DNA of 64,000 nucleotides from the human T2T-CHM13v2.0 reference genome, Homo sapiens: assembly GCF_009914755.1 (NCBI RefSeq), contig NC_060933.1; one strand, 5' to 3'. The translations under genes were made by a program, and so were the position numbers. Shown here piece after piece: positions 33,000 through 48,621 of this stretch (its first letter is position 1; every line of letters begins with the position of its first letter). The notes under the pieces are model-generated. The model was not told the DNA's origin, searched no databases, and worked only from the letters and a program-made list of their open reading frames with translations.

Positions 33000-33723
33000 C
33001 AGCAGCTTTGCGGAGCTGTGGTGGGCTCTGCCCAGTCCAAACTTCCAAATGGTTTTGTTTACGCTATGAGGGGAAGACCGCCTACTCAAGCCTCAGTACT
33101 GGCGGACTCCCATCCCCACACCAAGCTCGAGTGTCCCCGGTTGACTTCAGACTGCTGTGCTGGCAGCGAGAATTTCAAGCCAGTGGATCTTACCTTGAAG
33201 AGCTCCATGGGGGTGGGATCGGATCACTTGGCTCCCTGGCTTCAGCCCCCTTTCCAGGGGAGTGAATGGGTCTGTCTTGCTGGCATTCTAGGCACCACTG
33301 TGGTATGAAGAAAAACTCCTGCAGCTTGCTCAGTGTCTGCCCAAATGGCCGCCCGGTTCTGTGCTTGAAACCCAGGGCCCTGGTGGTGTAGCCACCGAAG
33401 GAATCTCCTGGTCTGTTGGTTGTGAAGACCATGGGAAAAGCATAGTATCTGGGCCAGAAGACACTGTTCCTCATGGCACAGTCTTTCACAGGTTCCCTTA
33501 GCTAGGGGAGGGAGTTCTGCAACCCCTTGTGCTTCCTGGGTGAGGCGACACCCCACCCTGCTTCAGCTCGCCCTCCGTGGGCTGTACCCACTGTCTAACC
33601 AGCCCCAATGGGATGAGCCGGGTACCTCAGCCAGAAATGCAGAAATCACCTGCCTTCTGCATTGATCTCGCTGGGAGGTGAAGACCGGAGCTGTTCCTAA
33701 TTGGCTGTGTTGCCCAGGAATCC
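33000..33723. promoter_or_regulatory. L1 5'UTR with internal sense (minus) and antisense (plus) promoter homology
   Basis: GC-rich L1 5'UTR; promoter role is family knowledge, activity of this copy unknown. Confidence 0.5.
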
Positions 33724-33911
33724 AGCTTTCCCTATTATTAATATTGTGCATTAGTGTGGCACATTTGTTATAATTGATGTGCCAATATTGATACAGTATT
33801 ATTAACTAAAGCCATAGGTTACATTAAGGGTCATTCTTTGTTTTGTACATTCTATGGATTTTGACAAGTGTTTTGTAACATGTATCCATAATTACATTAT
33901 CATACAGAGTA

Positions 33912-35468
<1,557 letters not shown>

Positions 35469-35883
35469 TTCCACTGTTATAAACAAACCCCTGCGTTCGT
35501 TTTCCCAAAACCTGCCAACCACTGATCTTTTCACTGTCTCCATAGTTTTTTCCTTTTCCAGAATGTCATATAGTTGTCATATAGTTGTAGCATGTAACCT
35601 TCTCGGGTTGTCTTCGTTCACTTAGCAATATGCATTTAAGCTTTCTTTATGTTTTTTTCATGGCTCAATAGCTCATTTCTTTTTAATGATGAATAATATT
35701 TCATTGTATGGATGTACTACAGTTTGTTTATTTACCTATTAAAAGACATCTTGATTGCTTCCAGATTTTGGTAATTGCTATAACTTTTGTGTTCGAATTT
35801 TATGTTGACAGCAGTTTTCAACTGGTTAGGGTAAATATGCCTTTTTCAAGAGACACAGCATGTGACATGAAGTGCTTTCCCTA

Positions 35884-36357
<474 letters not shown>

Positions 36358-36652
36358 TCATCCCTCCTTATCCAAGAAGTTTCCAGTGGGACAAAGGGGA
36401 TGTAGTTTCCATGCAGAAACTTCAGAGAGAGTCACCCATTAGGGATAAGGGAATGCAAAGGTAGCACCTCTAAAGGTCTCTGACACTAGGAGGCTCTGGT
36501 AGTATGAGCCCAGCAGTTATCTGATGACCATGAAATGTGCTCATGATGCAGCCAGTTGCTGAACACCATCATTGACAGGAACCAGATTGAGTGAAGACAA
36601 AAGCAGTCAGAGCCAATGAAGAGCAGATCCCAGACTTTAAGAGGAGATGACA

Positions 36653-36996
<344 letters not shown>

Positions 36997-37589
36997 TCAC
37001 AGAAATCAATCAGACATCTTGAAAGACAAGGCAGGCAAAATATCCACGTGGGCTCCTGAAGCCCTGTCTCGCCCTCACAAGGACACAATTCCTTCCTTTT
37101 TCAATGTAGACTTTATCTCTGGAAATAGGAAAAGAGGAGGGAAACAGACCTGATGACAGGAATTTGAAATTTAGCTTAAATGGATACACACCTGAAATGG
37201 TCTAAGATACTTTTAAACGGCATGCTTAGGTACCTCCCTTCCAGCCCTTTGTATCTGCCTATAGTTGGAAATGGGGACCCATACTGGAAAGGAAGTTTAG
37301 ATCATTGAAGAAGGAAGAGGAGTGGGGGGAGAGAGGAAAAGGATGAGGAATTTTTTTCTTTTTTTTTTTTTTGCCAATCTAAGAGAATTTGTTATATTTT
37401 TGCTCCACAATATGGGTTATATTATACAACATATTTTATATAAAAATGTCCTGTGGAATAGTAAGATGGGAAGCACTGCTTGAAGGACAGAAGCCAGGGA
37501 CTTCTCACCTGGAAAGCAACGTACTCCTGCAATTAAGGGTTGGGAACGGTCAGTGTGTGTTTGAATCGCAGCATCCTCACTTATTTTAA

Positions 37590-37900
37590 ACAAAGTAATT
37601 AACCTGACTGAGCATTTGATTTCTTAGCTATAAAACAAAGATACTACTAATATCTACTTAATGGACTGCTTTGATATTAAATAAGAGATGCATGTAAATC
37701 TTCCAGCACAGCGCTTAATAACAAGAATTATTAAGCTCTAAACTTTATGCCAAGTAACTTTGTATAAGTCACATGGGCTATTTGACTCTAAATTTTCACA
37801 TATGCAATAAGAAGAATTACTGCTTCTTTTACAGGGTAGTTGTAAGGATTGAATGAGATAACTAAATAATGGGTGAGTGCATAGTACATACTGAGGTCAT
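37590..37900 (+). mobile_element. Two tandem MIR fragments
   Basis: TTTCTTAGCTATAAAAC and ACAGGGTAGTTGTAAGGATTGAATGAGATAA cores. Confidence 0.55.
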
Positions 37901-38914
37901 ATTAACTTTCCCGTCTCATCTCTTAATAACATCTAGAATAGTGCAGTGCTTATAATACTACTTATAACTCTTAAGGATCTATTGAGAAACTACTTACTTC
38001 TATTTCTGTAGTTGCTGGTCTCTTTATTGAATTCTATACCTGAGGAGACTCAATTAATGACACCAGGGTTGAGTCTTGTCAGCTTTAGGAAGGAAGTACA
38101 TGTGTATTTTGTATGCCTTTATTTCTTTCAGCATATTTTTTCATCCTCCCTCACTCACACCTCCCTTCACTTTTCAGAGTTCCCATTTCAGCCCCACCCA
38201 GGCCTACATACCCTGTATGTGCTGGGTCACCATAACTCTTCTACTGTCAAATCTTTTGCTTTGAGGGCATTCTCCTCTGCTGACCAATGGATGGTTAGTA
38301 ACCTGAAAAATGGATCCCTCTTGGGTTCTTAATGGCCGATAATGGGTTAATTCACATGTCATTATTTCATTCCAGGTGTTACAATTTAACAGGATACTCT
38401 GGTAGCTTGTGTGCTTTAACCCATAGGAATAATTTCTTTTATAGTCCCATTACCATTCTTGAGTGCTAATAATGAAATATTTTTAGATTAGACGATCACT
38501 TGAGGCCCCTCATATCACACTCAGAGCTGTCTACTCTACTAACACTTAGTAAACCCTGATCAGGACACCGTATAAACACTGGTATCCTAGAGACTTGGAA
38601 ATGTTAACTTATCTCCGTTACATTGTGCCCAGGGAGTGGCGTGAGCGCTTGCAAGCATAAGGCCAAACAAACAAAGTTCATTAAATGAACATAATTTTTC
38701 CAACCCATAGATAAAATTCTGCCCTCAAATTCTTACTGGAGCTCTACGTTTAATATTGGAAACCTAAGAATATTATAAAATTCCTCTTTAAAGTAGACAT
38801 TTCACAAAGGAAGTAAGGACAATATTTTGTGTTCGCTGGCAATATACTCTATTCTTATTTAAGTCAACATTGCCCAGTGGTTGCACCTGAATTTGGGATA
38901 TTAAAATACAGTCT

Positions 38915-39040
38915 CTACTCAGGAGGCTGAGGCATGAAAATCACTGAAACCCAGGAGGTAAAGGTTGCAGTGAGCTGAGATCATGCCACTGCACTCCCAC
39001 CTGGGCGACAAAGTGAGATCCTGTCTCAAATAAATAAATT
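38915..39040 (+). mobile_element. Alu right-arm fragment
   Basis: CTACTCAGGAGGCTGAGGCA...GCAGTGAGCTGAGATCATGCCACTGCACTCC...GTCTCAAATAAA. Confidence 0.88.
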
Positions 39041-39560
39041 AAATCTCAAATCTGTGGTGTTATTACAGGGTTTTAATGTTTATAATCTTCGTTCTTTCCA
39101 TGAAATGTAAGTGTTATTACCATTTCTTCTCACCTATTCTTTACAAAACTACTCTGGCTTCTTTACACAGAAAAAAAGAAAACAGCTCCTGTTGCCTTTT
39201 GCCTCTCATCCAGAAAGGTATCCATTTGCCTTTCTAATATCTCTTCATCCTGTCAGGCCACAAATGGTGAGTCCTTCTATCTCTGAGGAGTTGCTGACAC
39301 TGAGTTTCTGTTTAAAGAAAACTGTAAGAAGGTTATATCCTAGAACTGATCCAGGATATCACCTCCTGGCTTAAAATATTTGAAAACTCCCTTCTTAGTT
39401 GTGAATCCGTTTACTTATCAGTATTTGTCATTCCCATGTATTCATAAGGCAACATGCTAGAAACCACAGTGGATGCAAAAAGTCATTAATTTCCTGAATG
39501 GCTCTTAACAATCTATTGGAAAGGCAAGGTATACACAATGTTACTGGGATTTTTCTCTGT

Positions 39561-39760
39561 ATCGGGCTGGCAAACTACAGGCCATGAGTTGGCCCATGAC
39601 CTGCTTTTACATGGCTCAAGAGCTAAAAAAGGTTTTTATATTTTTAAAGGGTTATAAAAAACAAAATAAAACAAAGAATATGTGACATAGACTATAAGTG
39701 AAACACAGAGACTGAGATATTTACCATCTGGCCCTTTACAGAAAAAGGTTGCCTATCTCT
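39561..39760 (+). mobile_element. MER58 (C-like) hAT-Charlie fossil
   Basis: GGCAAACTACAGGCC...ATATTTACCATCTGGCCCTTTACAGAAAAAGGTTGCC. Confidence 0.85.
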
Positions 39761-40629
39761 GCTCAACACAGTTCTGGATGTAACTAACAGGATGTAGTTC
39801 ATCCCCAAAAGCAAATACTGGAGAACATTCTTATGGGCCCCATATAAACACACATAGCCCACCCTTCTTCTTGATGTATTTCTAGTGGTCCCATATGCTT
39901 CTCTGTATCTTGAGAGAGAATTTGCCTTGGTGATGTCTCCCAGTGCTGACTTGTGCAGAGGGACAATTGCAGCAGAATGGTCCTAGCACCCTTAACCAGT
40001 AGTAGTGTCTAAAGCATAGAAGCTGGATGAAGTTATGGTTGTCAGTGTTTGAGAAAGGGGAAACCCCCAGCATGATGCCTCTCCTCTACATCCTGCTAAG
40101 CAGGAGCCCAAATGATTGGAGCTCTTAGTCGTCAGCTCTCATTTGCCATATCAGCCATATTCCAGGTGCTAGGTTTCAGCACCTGTTCCACCACAGAATT
40201 TCTGCTGTCTTGCCCAAGAGTGAGATTCTCACTGCAAATGTGGGAAGGCTTCTATTTATACCCACAGTCCTATATTCACATCCTTTCATCTAAATCTAGT
40301 TGACTAAAGAATATTGGCTTGCAGTGGGCTCTAAATTCAAATCCATTACTTAATCCTTAAAAATCAGAAGATGTCATGTAATGCATGAAAGATCTGCATG
40401 AAGATCTGCCAGAGCCCTAATCTGGTACAGCCGAGTAATAACTCCATGGGCTCTACAAATGGCCATTGTATCAGCCAATTCCTATTACCTCCTAGACCCT
40501 GAGACTGAGTGTCCAGTGCCACAGATCATCTTAAAGGGGCTTGTCTCACTTGTTTACAGTTACCTCCTTGGCCTCTATGAATATTTGAGTTTGTAACTCC
40601 TGTTTTAAATCCTTAAAATGCAAAAGATC

Positions 40630-41400
40630 CACTTTACACCCCTTAGGTTGGCTACTGTCAAACAAACAAACAAAAAACACAGAAGATGTGTTGGCAAGGA
40701 TGGAGAAATTGCCACCCTTGTGCACTGCTAGTGGGAATGTAAAATGGTGCAGCCTAGCCACTATGGAAACAGTTTGGCAGTTCCTCAAAAAATTAAAAAT
40801 AGAATTACCCTATGATCCAGCAATTCCACTTCTGGCTATATATGCAAAAGAATTAAAAGCAAGAACTTGAGCAGATATCTGTACACCCATGTTTATAACA
40901 GCATTATTTACAGTAGCTAAAATGTGAGAGCAACCCAAGGGTCCATTGACAGATGAATGGATAAACAAAATGTGGTATATATATATTATATTATAATTCT
41001 ATATTAGAATTAATATATTATTATATTAGAATATATATATATATTAGAATTCTGACACATGCTACAACATGGATAAACCTTGAAGATACTATGCTAAGTG
41101 AAATAAGCCAGTCATGAAAGGATAAATATTGTTTGATTCCACTTGTATGAGATAACTAGAGTAGTCAAATTCATAGAAACAGAAGGTAGAATGGTGGTTG
41201 TCAGTAGCTAGAAGAAGGTGGAAATAGGGAATTATTGTTTAATTGGTACAGACTTTCAATTTTGCAAGATGAAAAAAGTTCTGAAAATGGATGGTGGTGA
41301 TGGTTGCACAACAATTTGAGTGTATTAATGCCACTGTACTGTACACTTAAAATGGTGAAGATGTTAAATTTTATGTTATGTGTATTTTAGCACAATTTCA
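40630..41400 (+). mobile_element. L1MB-type 3' end, 5'-truncated
   Basis: ORF2 C-terminal remnant ([17 protein letters not shown]), L1MB 3'UTR; TSD AATGCAAAAGATC / AATACAAAAGATC. Confidence 0.88.
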
Positions 41401-41619
41401 AAGAATACAAAAGATCACCTCCTTAGGATTTCTGTTCCTTTCTTGAAAAGAATGGAGTTACATCTGGACTATCCCACTTACTAACTGTATGATCTCAGAC
41501 CACACATTCTCTCAATTAAAAAAATGCATTTATCTACCTATATGGTAATTTTTTTTAGTGAGAATTAAATGAGTTTCTATAGTTTAGTGACCTGTAAATG
41601 GTAAGCCACATTCCAGGTA

Positions 41620-42160
41620 GGGAATAAATGTCATGTGAGTGCCACACGTGAGTGAAAAATTTGCCTGGAGCTGTGATGACTTCCAGTGAGCATCATAAGG
41701 GAGGCTTTTATGAAGAACCTAGCATTTGGGCTGAGCTTCAGAGAATGGTCAGAATTTGAAATGTGCAGATACAGGGGGATATTTAAAGCACACGGAGAGG
41801 CATGTGTGTAAAGGGACTGAAGCAGACAAATAAATGGTGTATTTGAGCAAATAATCATGTTCGACCGGAGGATCAGGTGAAAAAGGTAGACCAACAGGAA
41901 GGGGCCAGATCATGAAAAGTCTTGAATGGTTGCCTAAGAAATTTGAACTTTGATTTAGTGGATAATGAGAAGCCATTGTTTTTTAAGCAGAAGGTTTAGT
42001 GGAGCTTTATAAGTATTACTGAAGAGGTATACAGAATAGATTGAAATACAGATAGACTGAAACAAAGGAAACTAATTAAAAGGCTCCGGAAATGTTCTAG
42101 TCATGAGCTAATCAGGACTACACTAAGATGCTGGCAGAAGAAATAAAAAGAAAAGGATAC
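41620..42160 (-). mobile_element. L2 fragment
   Basis: GGGGCCAGATCATGAAAAGTCTTGAATG..CTAAGAAATTTGAACTT..GAAGCCATTG..TTTTAAGCAG. Confidence 0.65.
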
Positions 42161-42843
42161 AAGTCCTAATGCCAAATCAGTAAGAAAGTCTTAGAACTCT
42201 TTGATACCTTACAGTTGATGGAAGGCCTGTAGTAATTTTAAATCTCTCTAACAGGTGCTTCCAAAAAGTAGCTTACATATCCAGCCCACACTTCTATTCC
42301 AGGCTTCAGAATCATGCATCCTTCTGCCTTTTGGATATTGTCAACTGAATGTTCTCCAGGTCTCTTAAATTAAAGATGTTCATTCTTGAACTTATAAATC
42401 TTTTTATTTTCCAGCTTTCTGATTTTTAAAAGAAATAACACATACGCTCTTTTCTGTTATTAAAAAAGTAACATTTTTTTGCTGAACATTTAGAAACATC
42501 ATCACAGTGCAGAAACTAAAACAAAACTTAATATTAATTCTACCCCCAAAACATATATATATGTGTGTGTATGTGTATTTATTTGATAAATATATTTGGT
42601 AAACATATTTAAAGTCTTTTATACATATAATTAACTTCGAAAATAAAAATTAGCATTGAATTCTTCATGCTATTTTGTAACTTAAAAAAAAAATGTTGTG
42701 ACCTACTATTATTGTCAAATGATACATCAAGACCATTCTCCCCATCTCTGTCATTAACCCTATGATCTTAAGTAAACCCATCTCCAGTGTTCTTAACTCT
42801 GGAATGGGTATGCTAATACATAACTCACTGCATTGCTATAAGG

Positions 42844-43005
42844 CAGTGGTTCCTAAACTTTGCTGCATATTAGAATCACCTGGAGAGCTATTTAAGAACC
42901 CCAAAGTTCAGGTCACAATTCAGAGTCTGGGCATAAGAACTAGACATGAATGACTTTTGTCTCTTTAGGTGATTCCAATATACAGCAAAGTAAGGGAACC
43001 AAATT
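42844..43005 (+). mobile_element. MER5A-type hAT-Charlie inside a MIR
   Basis: CAGTGGTTCCTAAACTTTGCTGCATATTAGAATCACCTGG...AGGTGATTCCAATATACAGCAAAG..GGGAACC. Confidence 0.85.
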
Positions 43006-43099
43006 TCTAAGGTTTAAAATGAGATAACATAAAAACCTGGCATGCAGAAGTCACTCAATAATACATGTCATTTCCTGAATGTCTGCTATGTTCCCACAC

Positions 43100-43290
43100 T
43101 GCACTAGCATTCTGTATTCATTACTTCATTTAACTCTCACCACATCCCTATGAGGTTTCATTATTCTATTTTTACAAAGTAGAGAATTGAATCTTAGATT
43201 GATTAAGAAATTTACTCAATGTCACACAGGTAAGGAAGCATGATTCAAACCCCAGTCTACCAGATCAAAAAGTCCACACCATTTTACCAC
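43100..43290 (-). mobile_element. MIR SINE
   Basis: TCATTTAACTCTCACCACATCCCTATGAGG...GTCACACAG..GATTCAAACCCCAGTC. Confidence 0.7.
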
Positions 43291-45229
43291 ACTGCATTAG
43301 ACTACAGAAATATTACTTTTTAATTTTTTCTTTCTAGCTTCTTCAATCCTATCTAAGCCATTTTATCATAATGCTTTTCCAGCTGATTAAGTTGCATCTA
43401 AAGAAAAATTAAGTCGTATTTTGTGTGGTTTTTATTCCTACATTCTGAAATTTTACTAATTCACATTTTTAGCCAAAGAAAATGAGGATTGATATTTGTG
43501 GTAGAATAAAATTGTGAATGTCTATTTGATATATTATGTTAATTGAACTTAAAATATGGGTTTTATCCCTTTACCTGTAGGCTCGTTGACTATGAACAAA
43601 TTAGAAGCAGTTTTATTCATGGATTACACCTAAAGCCCTATTCAGCCCTTCTTTAGATATGTAATATTTGCTATAAGAGACTCTGCATTGGCTTAAAGCA
43701 AACTAATCATCATCATCAGAAAATTAACTGCACATGTATACACATTTTACATACATATATAATTGTTTTGAAACAGACAAAATTTCTGGCTACACCATGA
43801 TTATAATAAGGACTCTAATCATGACTCTGATCTAACGAGTTGTTAGTATAGTACCTCCATCTGTGGGTACTTAGGAATCCTGTCAATTTTTATCATGTAG
43901 TAAGACACAGTCAAATTATTTCCATAACTTTGGAAGTTACTCATTCCACATTTTCTTTATTATTTTTTGGCATTTGAGCCTATTTTATTCCTCTGACCAA
44001 ATGTCTATATCTTGATAGCAAAAACATTTGCTTTCTTCTCATCTGACTTGATATTTTTGGAAGAACAAATTGACAATTCCCATGAATGATTCTGAGTTAG
44101 CAGGAGAGCATCTGCTGCAGAATAGCTCTTCCTCTTTTGAAGTTCACTGAGAAGCTAATTTCATTATTTTAAAAGCAAAAAAGTATTACCAGATCTGAGG
44201 TGACAGTAAAAGGAATCTAGAGTCAAAGTCTTGACCACTCACAACCAGAAACCTTAAATCATTAATATTTAGTTGGTAGATGCTAACAAATGTTATCCAT
44301 AATAATAATGCATGTCCGTAAACATCACTCCTGAACTGGCCTACCTTGTATTCACTTACTTATTCGGTCTTGACATTGTCTTTTATAACTGACACTCAGG
44401 ACGGGTTCTGTTTTTGAAAATATTAAGTAGCGGGAAGAGAGACATACACTTTTGCTGCATTTAAAAATGCTTTCATATTAAAATTGGTAAAATCTTTTCA
44501 AAGGGATTGTCGTTACCCACTTAGTAATGATGCCTAGGTTTATTTCTTTATTGTTCATTCTGTGAATTTTCTTAATCCAATCTGCAGCATTCCTTTAGTG
44601 GTCCATTGTTGCTACATGTGTACTTTATTGACTGAGTTTTTAAAAGATGCATCTATCATTAAAGATCTTTGGGAATATGTTCAAAAATGTTAAAATGCTG
44701 GGCGTAGTAAAATTACAAAGGCAACATAAGCCAGATTGAAAAATATCTTGCCAAATAGTATTTCTCAGCAAGCCATTTGGAGAGGCTAAATTAAAAAAAA
44801 ATAGTTGATACCTTGATGAAAAATATAATTTCTCCCCCCCTCCTTTTGTTAACATTAGTGTTCTTGTATCCATGCTAATTTCTATATGGCTACAATTCTA
44901 AAATATTCCTGGCATTTGTATGCAGTTGCATATAAATGTCTTTAGAGAATCAAAAGGAATTGAGAAGTTCTTAGTGACATAAATTATGTTTAGAAAATTA
45001 ATTTAGAGTTCTGTTATGACCACTGGGCTCTAAAACTAGGTGCTTTTACCAAAGTAAGGTGAAGGGGGTGGATAATTTTCTTAGTGAAAAATCCAGTATC
45101 TTTCTGAGTTTTCCCTTGAGGAAAAGCCATACTTCAGTGGTTGCTAACAACTACACTCCACCTTTGTGACTGCCAGAAGAGAGAACATCTTTGCCTAGTT
45201 TAGGTAACAGGATGGGTGTTGGGGTGGGG

Positions 45230-45650
45230 AGAAACCTGTTTAGATAGGATGGGCAGAGAATGCCTCTGAGGTAGCAAATTTAAAAACTGAGTTCTGAAGC
45301 AAGAAAATGAGCAACCAATGAGAAATGTGGTGTGGGGTGGTGGTGGAGAATTTTCCAGGCAAAAGGGAAAGCAAATAGAAAGGACCCTGGGGAAAGAGGG
45401 TCCTATATTTGAGGAATGGGCAGTATATCAGTGTGTCTACAATGAAATGGTAAAGGAAGGGGTGGTACAAGCAAGTGTGTAATGGGCAAGACACAACATT
45501 AGGGGCTTTGTAAAAATAGTAAACAGGTCAAATTTCATTTATTCAGTTTTAAGCAGAGCAGTGGCATGATTTAACTTGAGTTTTAAAAAGATTTCTCTGA
45601 CTACCACTAGATTATAAATCAGAAGAGGCACGACCAATCAAAAAGCTATT
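45230..45650 (-). mobile_element. L2 fragment
   Basis: TTTTAAGCAGAGCAGTGGCATGATTTAACTTGAGTTTTAAAAAGATTTCTCTGACT. Confidence 0.6.
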
Positions 45651-46409
45651 AAAAAACAGAAATGACCAAAATGGATTCAAGAAGATAATTGTAGAACAAA
45701 TCACAAAGGTTAAAGATTGATCGTTTTTCAAAAAGCACCAGGCACAGATGGTGTTAGAGATGAATTCTTTATAACCATTAGTGAATATATAATTATTTTC
45801 AATGTACCAATTCTAGTCTGTAGAGAAACGTGAAAACCTGAATAAAGTTAGAATAGCCTTAATTTTAAAAACTCTCAAAGATAACAAAAACAATCTTTGT
45901 ACTTTTTGAAAGGAAGGTATCTATCAAGATAATCCAAAGTACCAAACATTATAGGGAAAAAATATAATTATTTTAATGATTGCCATAGATGTATTTGATA
46001 AAATTCACTAGCCATTCAAAAAAAAAAAAAAAAAAACCTAAGTAAATTAGGAATACAAGAAAACTCCCTGGTGGATCTTGAAAGCCATACAAGGAGGTAA
46101 TGTGAACAAGTTGACCCGCTGCTACAAAAAATTGGGTTCTCTAACTGTCCAGGCTGTGTTGTACCTGACGTGTACAATTTGAATGCAGTCCAATGCTAAA
46201 ATCTACTCTTGACTTTTACTTCAAGACCCGACAGAGCTGGCTATACTCACCCAAAGCTGATGCTCTGAGAGCCAGTGCTTTACTCTTCCTGGCTTGGCCA
46301 TGCACAGCTCCTTAGCCCAGGGACTGGGGGCATTTCCCAGGTAGTTTAGGAACAGCCTCTTCCCTTTTCCTTCCTCTAGCAGAAGGGGGTTTTCAGGGGC
46401 TTGACTAGC

Positions 46410-46647
46410 CAGAGTTTCTCAATCTGGGCACTATTGACATTTTGGGCCTGATACTTTGTTGTGAGGAGTGTTTATCCATTGTAGGATATTTAGTAGCATC
46501 CCTGGCCTTTATCCACTAGATGCACACACCTTCACCGCTCTCAATAGGCTCCCCCGACCACTGCCATTCAGTTGTGACAACCAAAAATTTCTCTAGACAT
46601 TGCTAACTGTCCCTGAGGAACAAAATCACCTCAGTTAAGAACTGCTA
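46410..46647 (+). mobile_element. MER20 hAT-Charlie fossil
   Basis: TTCTCAATCTGGGCACTATTGACATTTTGGGCC...CAGTTGTGACAACCAAAAAT..CAAAATCACCTCAGTTAAGAAC. Confidence 0.88.
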
Positions 46648-46748
46648 GGCTAGAAAACAATGTCATAACTGTGTCATAATTTATGCTTTTATATTATTGC
46701 ATTTACCAGTAAATTCTCAGCTGGGGCAGCCTGGAAAGGGAAACTGCC

Positions 46749-47152
46749 TGTATCAGTCAGCTCAAGCTGCCATAAAAAATACCATAGATTTGGTGGCTTA
46801 AACCACAGACGTTTATTTTCTCGTAATCCTGGAAGTTGGACGTCTGAGATCAGGAGGCTAGCATGGTCACATTCTGGTGAGGGCGCTCTTTCTGGCTGGC
46901 AGATGGCCACCTTCTTACTATGTCCTCACATAGAGGAGACAGAGAAAGCTGGTATTTTCTCCTCTTCTTACAACAGTTCCTCTTCTGGTATCTCTTCCTC
47001 TTCTTATAAGGATACCAGCTCTATCAGACAAGGTTCCATCCTTATGACCTCATTTAACCTTAATCATTTCCTTAAAAAATCTTTCTTCGATCGCGTAGGC
47101 ATTAGAGCTTCAACATAATGCAGTTTGGGAGGACAAAATTCAGTTCATAGCA
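46749..47152 (-). mobile_element. MLT1A-type MaLR solo LTR
   Basis: TG...CA termini, TSD CTGCC/ATGCC, GCAGATGGCCACCTTCTT; internal imperfect duplication of CTGGTAT..TCCTCTTCTTA. Confidence 0.85.
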
Positions 47153-48055
47153 ATGCCAACAAGATTTTAAAAAGTCCTCTACCTAAACCCAACAACTATA
47201 TTATATTCAGCAGCTGCTTTAAATTTTATCAGTAACAAGAGACGGATTTCTGCTATTATCGCTATTTTTCAACACATTTTGGAGACTGATAAAGCTAGAA
47301 AATTAAAGGAGCAGTTTAAATATGAGAAATGAAAATACAGTACTATCTTTATTTGTAGTTGGTATGATTATGTACTTAAGAAATTCAAGATGTTCTGCTA
47401 AAAATCCATTCAAATTAATAAGATAATTGGGAAATGTGGCTGCCCAAATACAAAATTAATAGCTTCCCTCTCTATTAATATTATGCAATTAGAAATTGAA
47501 ATGGGGAAATATCCCATTTATAATTAGAATAAAAAAGATAAATCACTTAAAATAAATCTAAGAATACAGAAGTTGGATCTAAATGATGAAAATGACATTT
47601 TATTGAAAGGTGTAAAATAAGACTAGAAAAGTGGAAGGATAATTTTTCCCATATTAATACATAAATTTATTGCAGTTCCAATCAGAATCCCAACATGTTT
47701 TTTTTTTTCCAACTGGTAAATAATTTTAAATTCATATGGAAAAAGAATGTGCAGTAACATTCCATTTAAAAAAAATTAACGGTGGACTTACCTTGTCAGA
47801 TATTAAAATCACCAGGAATCTACTGTGATCAAAACACTTTGTACTAGCACGAAAATAGACAGTTTGTATACAATAAAAGCTAAAATGCATTTAGTAAGTA
47901 ATAAAGCTGCCACTTTAATTTAGCAGAAAAAAAATTTTTTTTCTCTTACAAGATGTTAGCATAACTGGTTATTTATCTGAAGAAACAGAAGGATACTATG
48001 TTGGCCCAAAATATAATGTAAAAAGTTATAAGACAAACATATCAGAAAAAAATAA

Positions 48056-48372
<317 letters not shown>

Positions 48373-48621
48373 TAAAGAAGTCTTTAATCTTTTAAAGTGA
48401 GACAGTAAAGTATTGAAAACACATATAAAAAGCAGTAGTTTTGGTTATACTAAGTTAAGACATTTTTGTTCTGCTGTCTTGTTCAGGTAAGAGGTAAGAT
48501 TAGTTACTATAACAGTGGCAATAGAAATAAAGAGAGGTAGAAAGACTTGATATATATTTTAAGGTGACAATTAACAGGATTTGCAGATAGATTGGATGTG
48601 GCTTTAAAAGTGGGAAGAAAG

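Larger units (their letters stand above)
45680..48050 (+). mobile_element. Very old L1M ORF2 remnant, interrupted (pieces ~45680-46060 and ~47160-48050)
   Basis: AAAAGCACCAGGCACAGATGG..GAATTCT (KSPGPDG-like) and CTATCTTTATTTGTAGTTGGTATGATTATGTAC (RT LFADDM-like). Confidence 0.65.

Noticed and set aside
40975-41050. AT-rich repeated units (TATATTAGAAT) suggesting an array
   Set aside because: Slippage-expanded (TA)n low complexity inside L1MB; no CRISPR-like or ordered spacer structure
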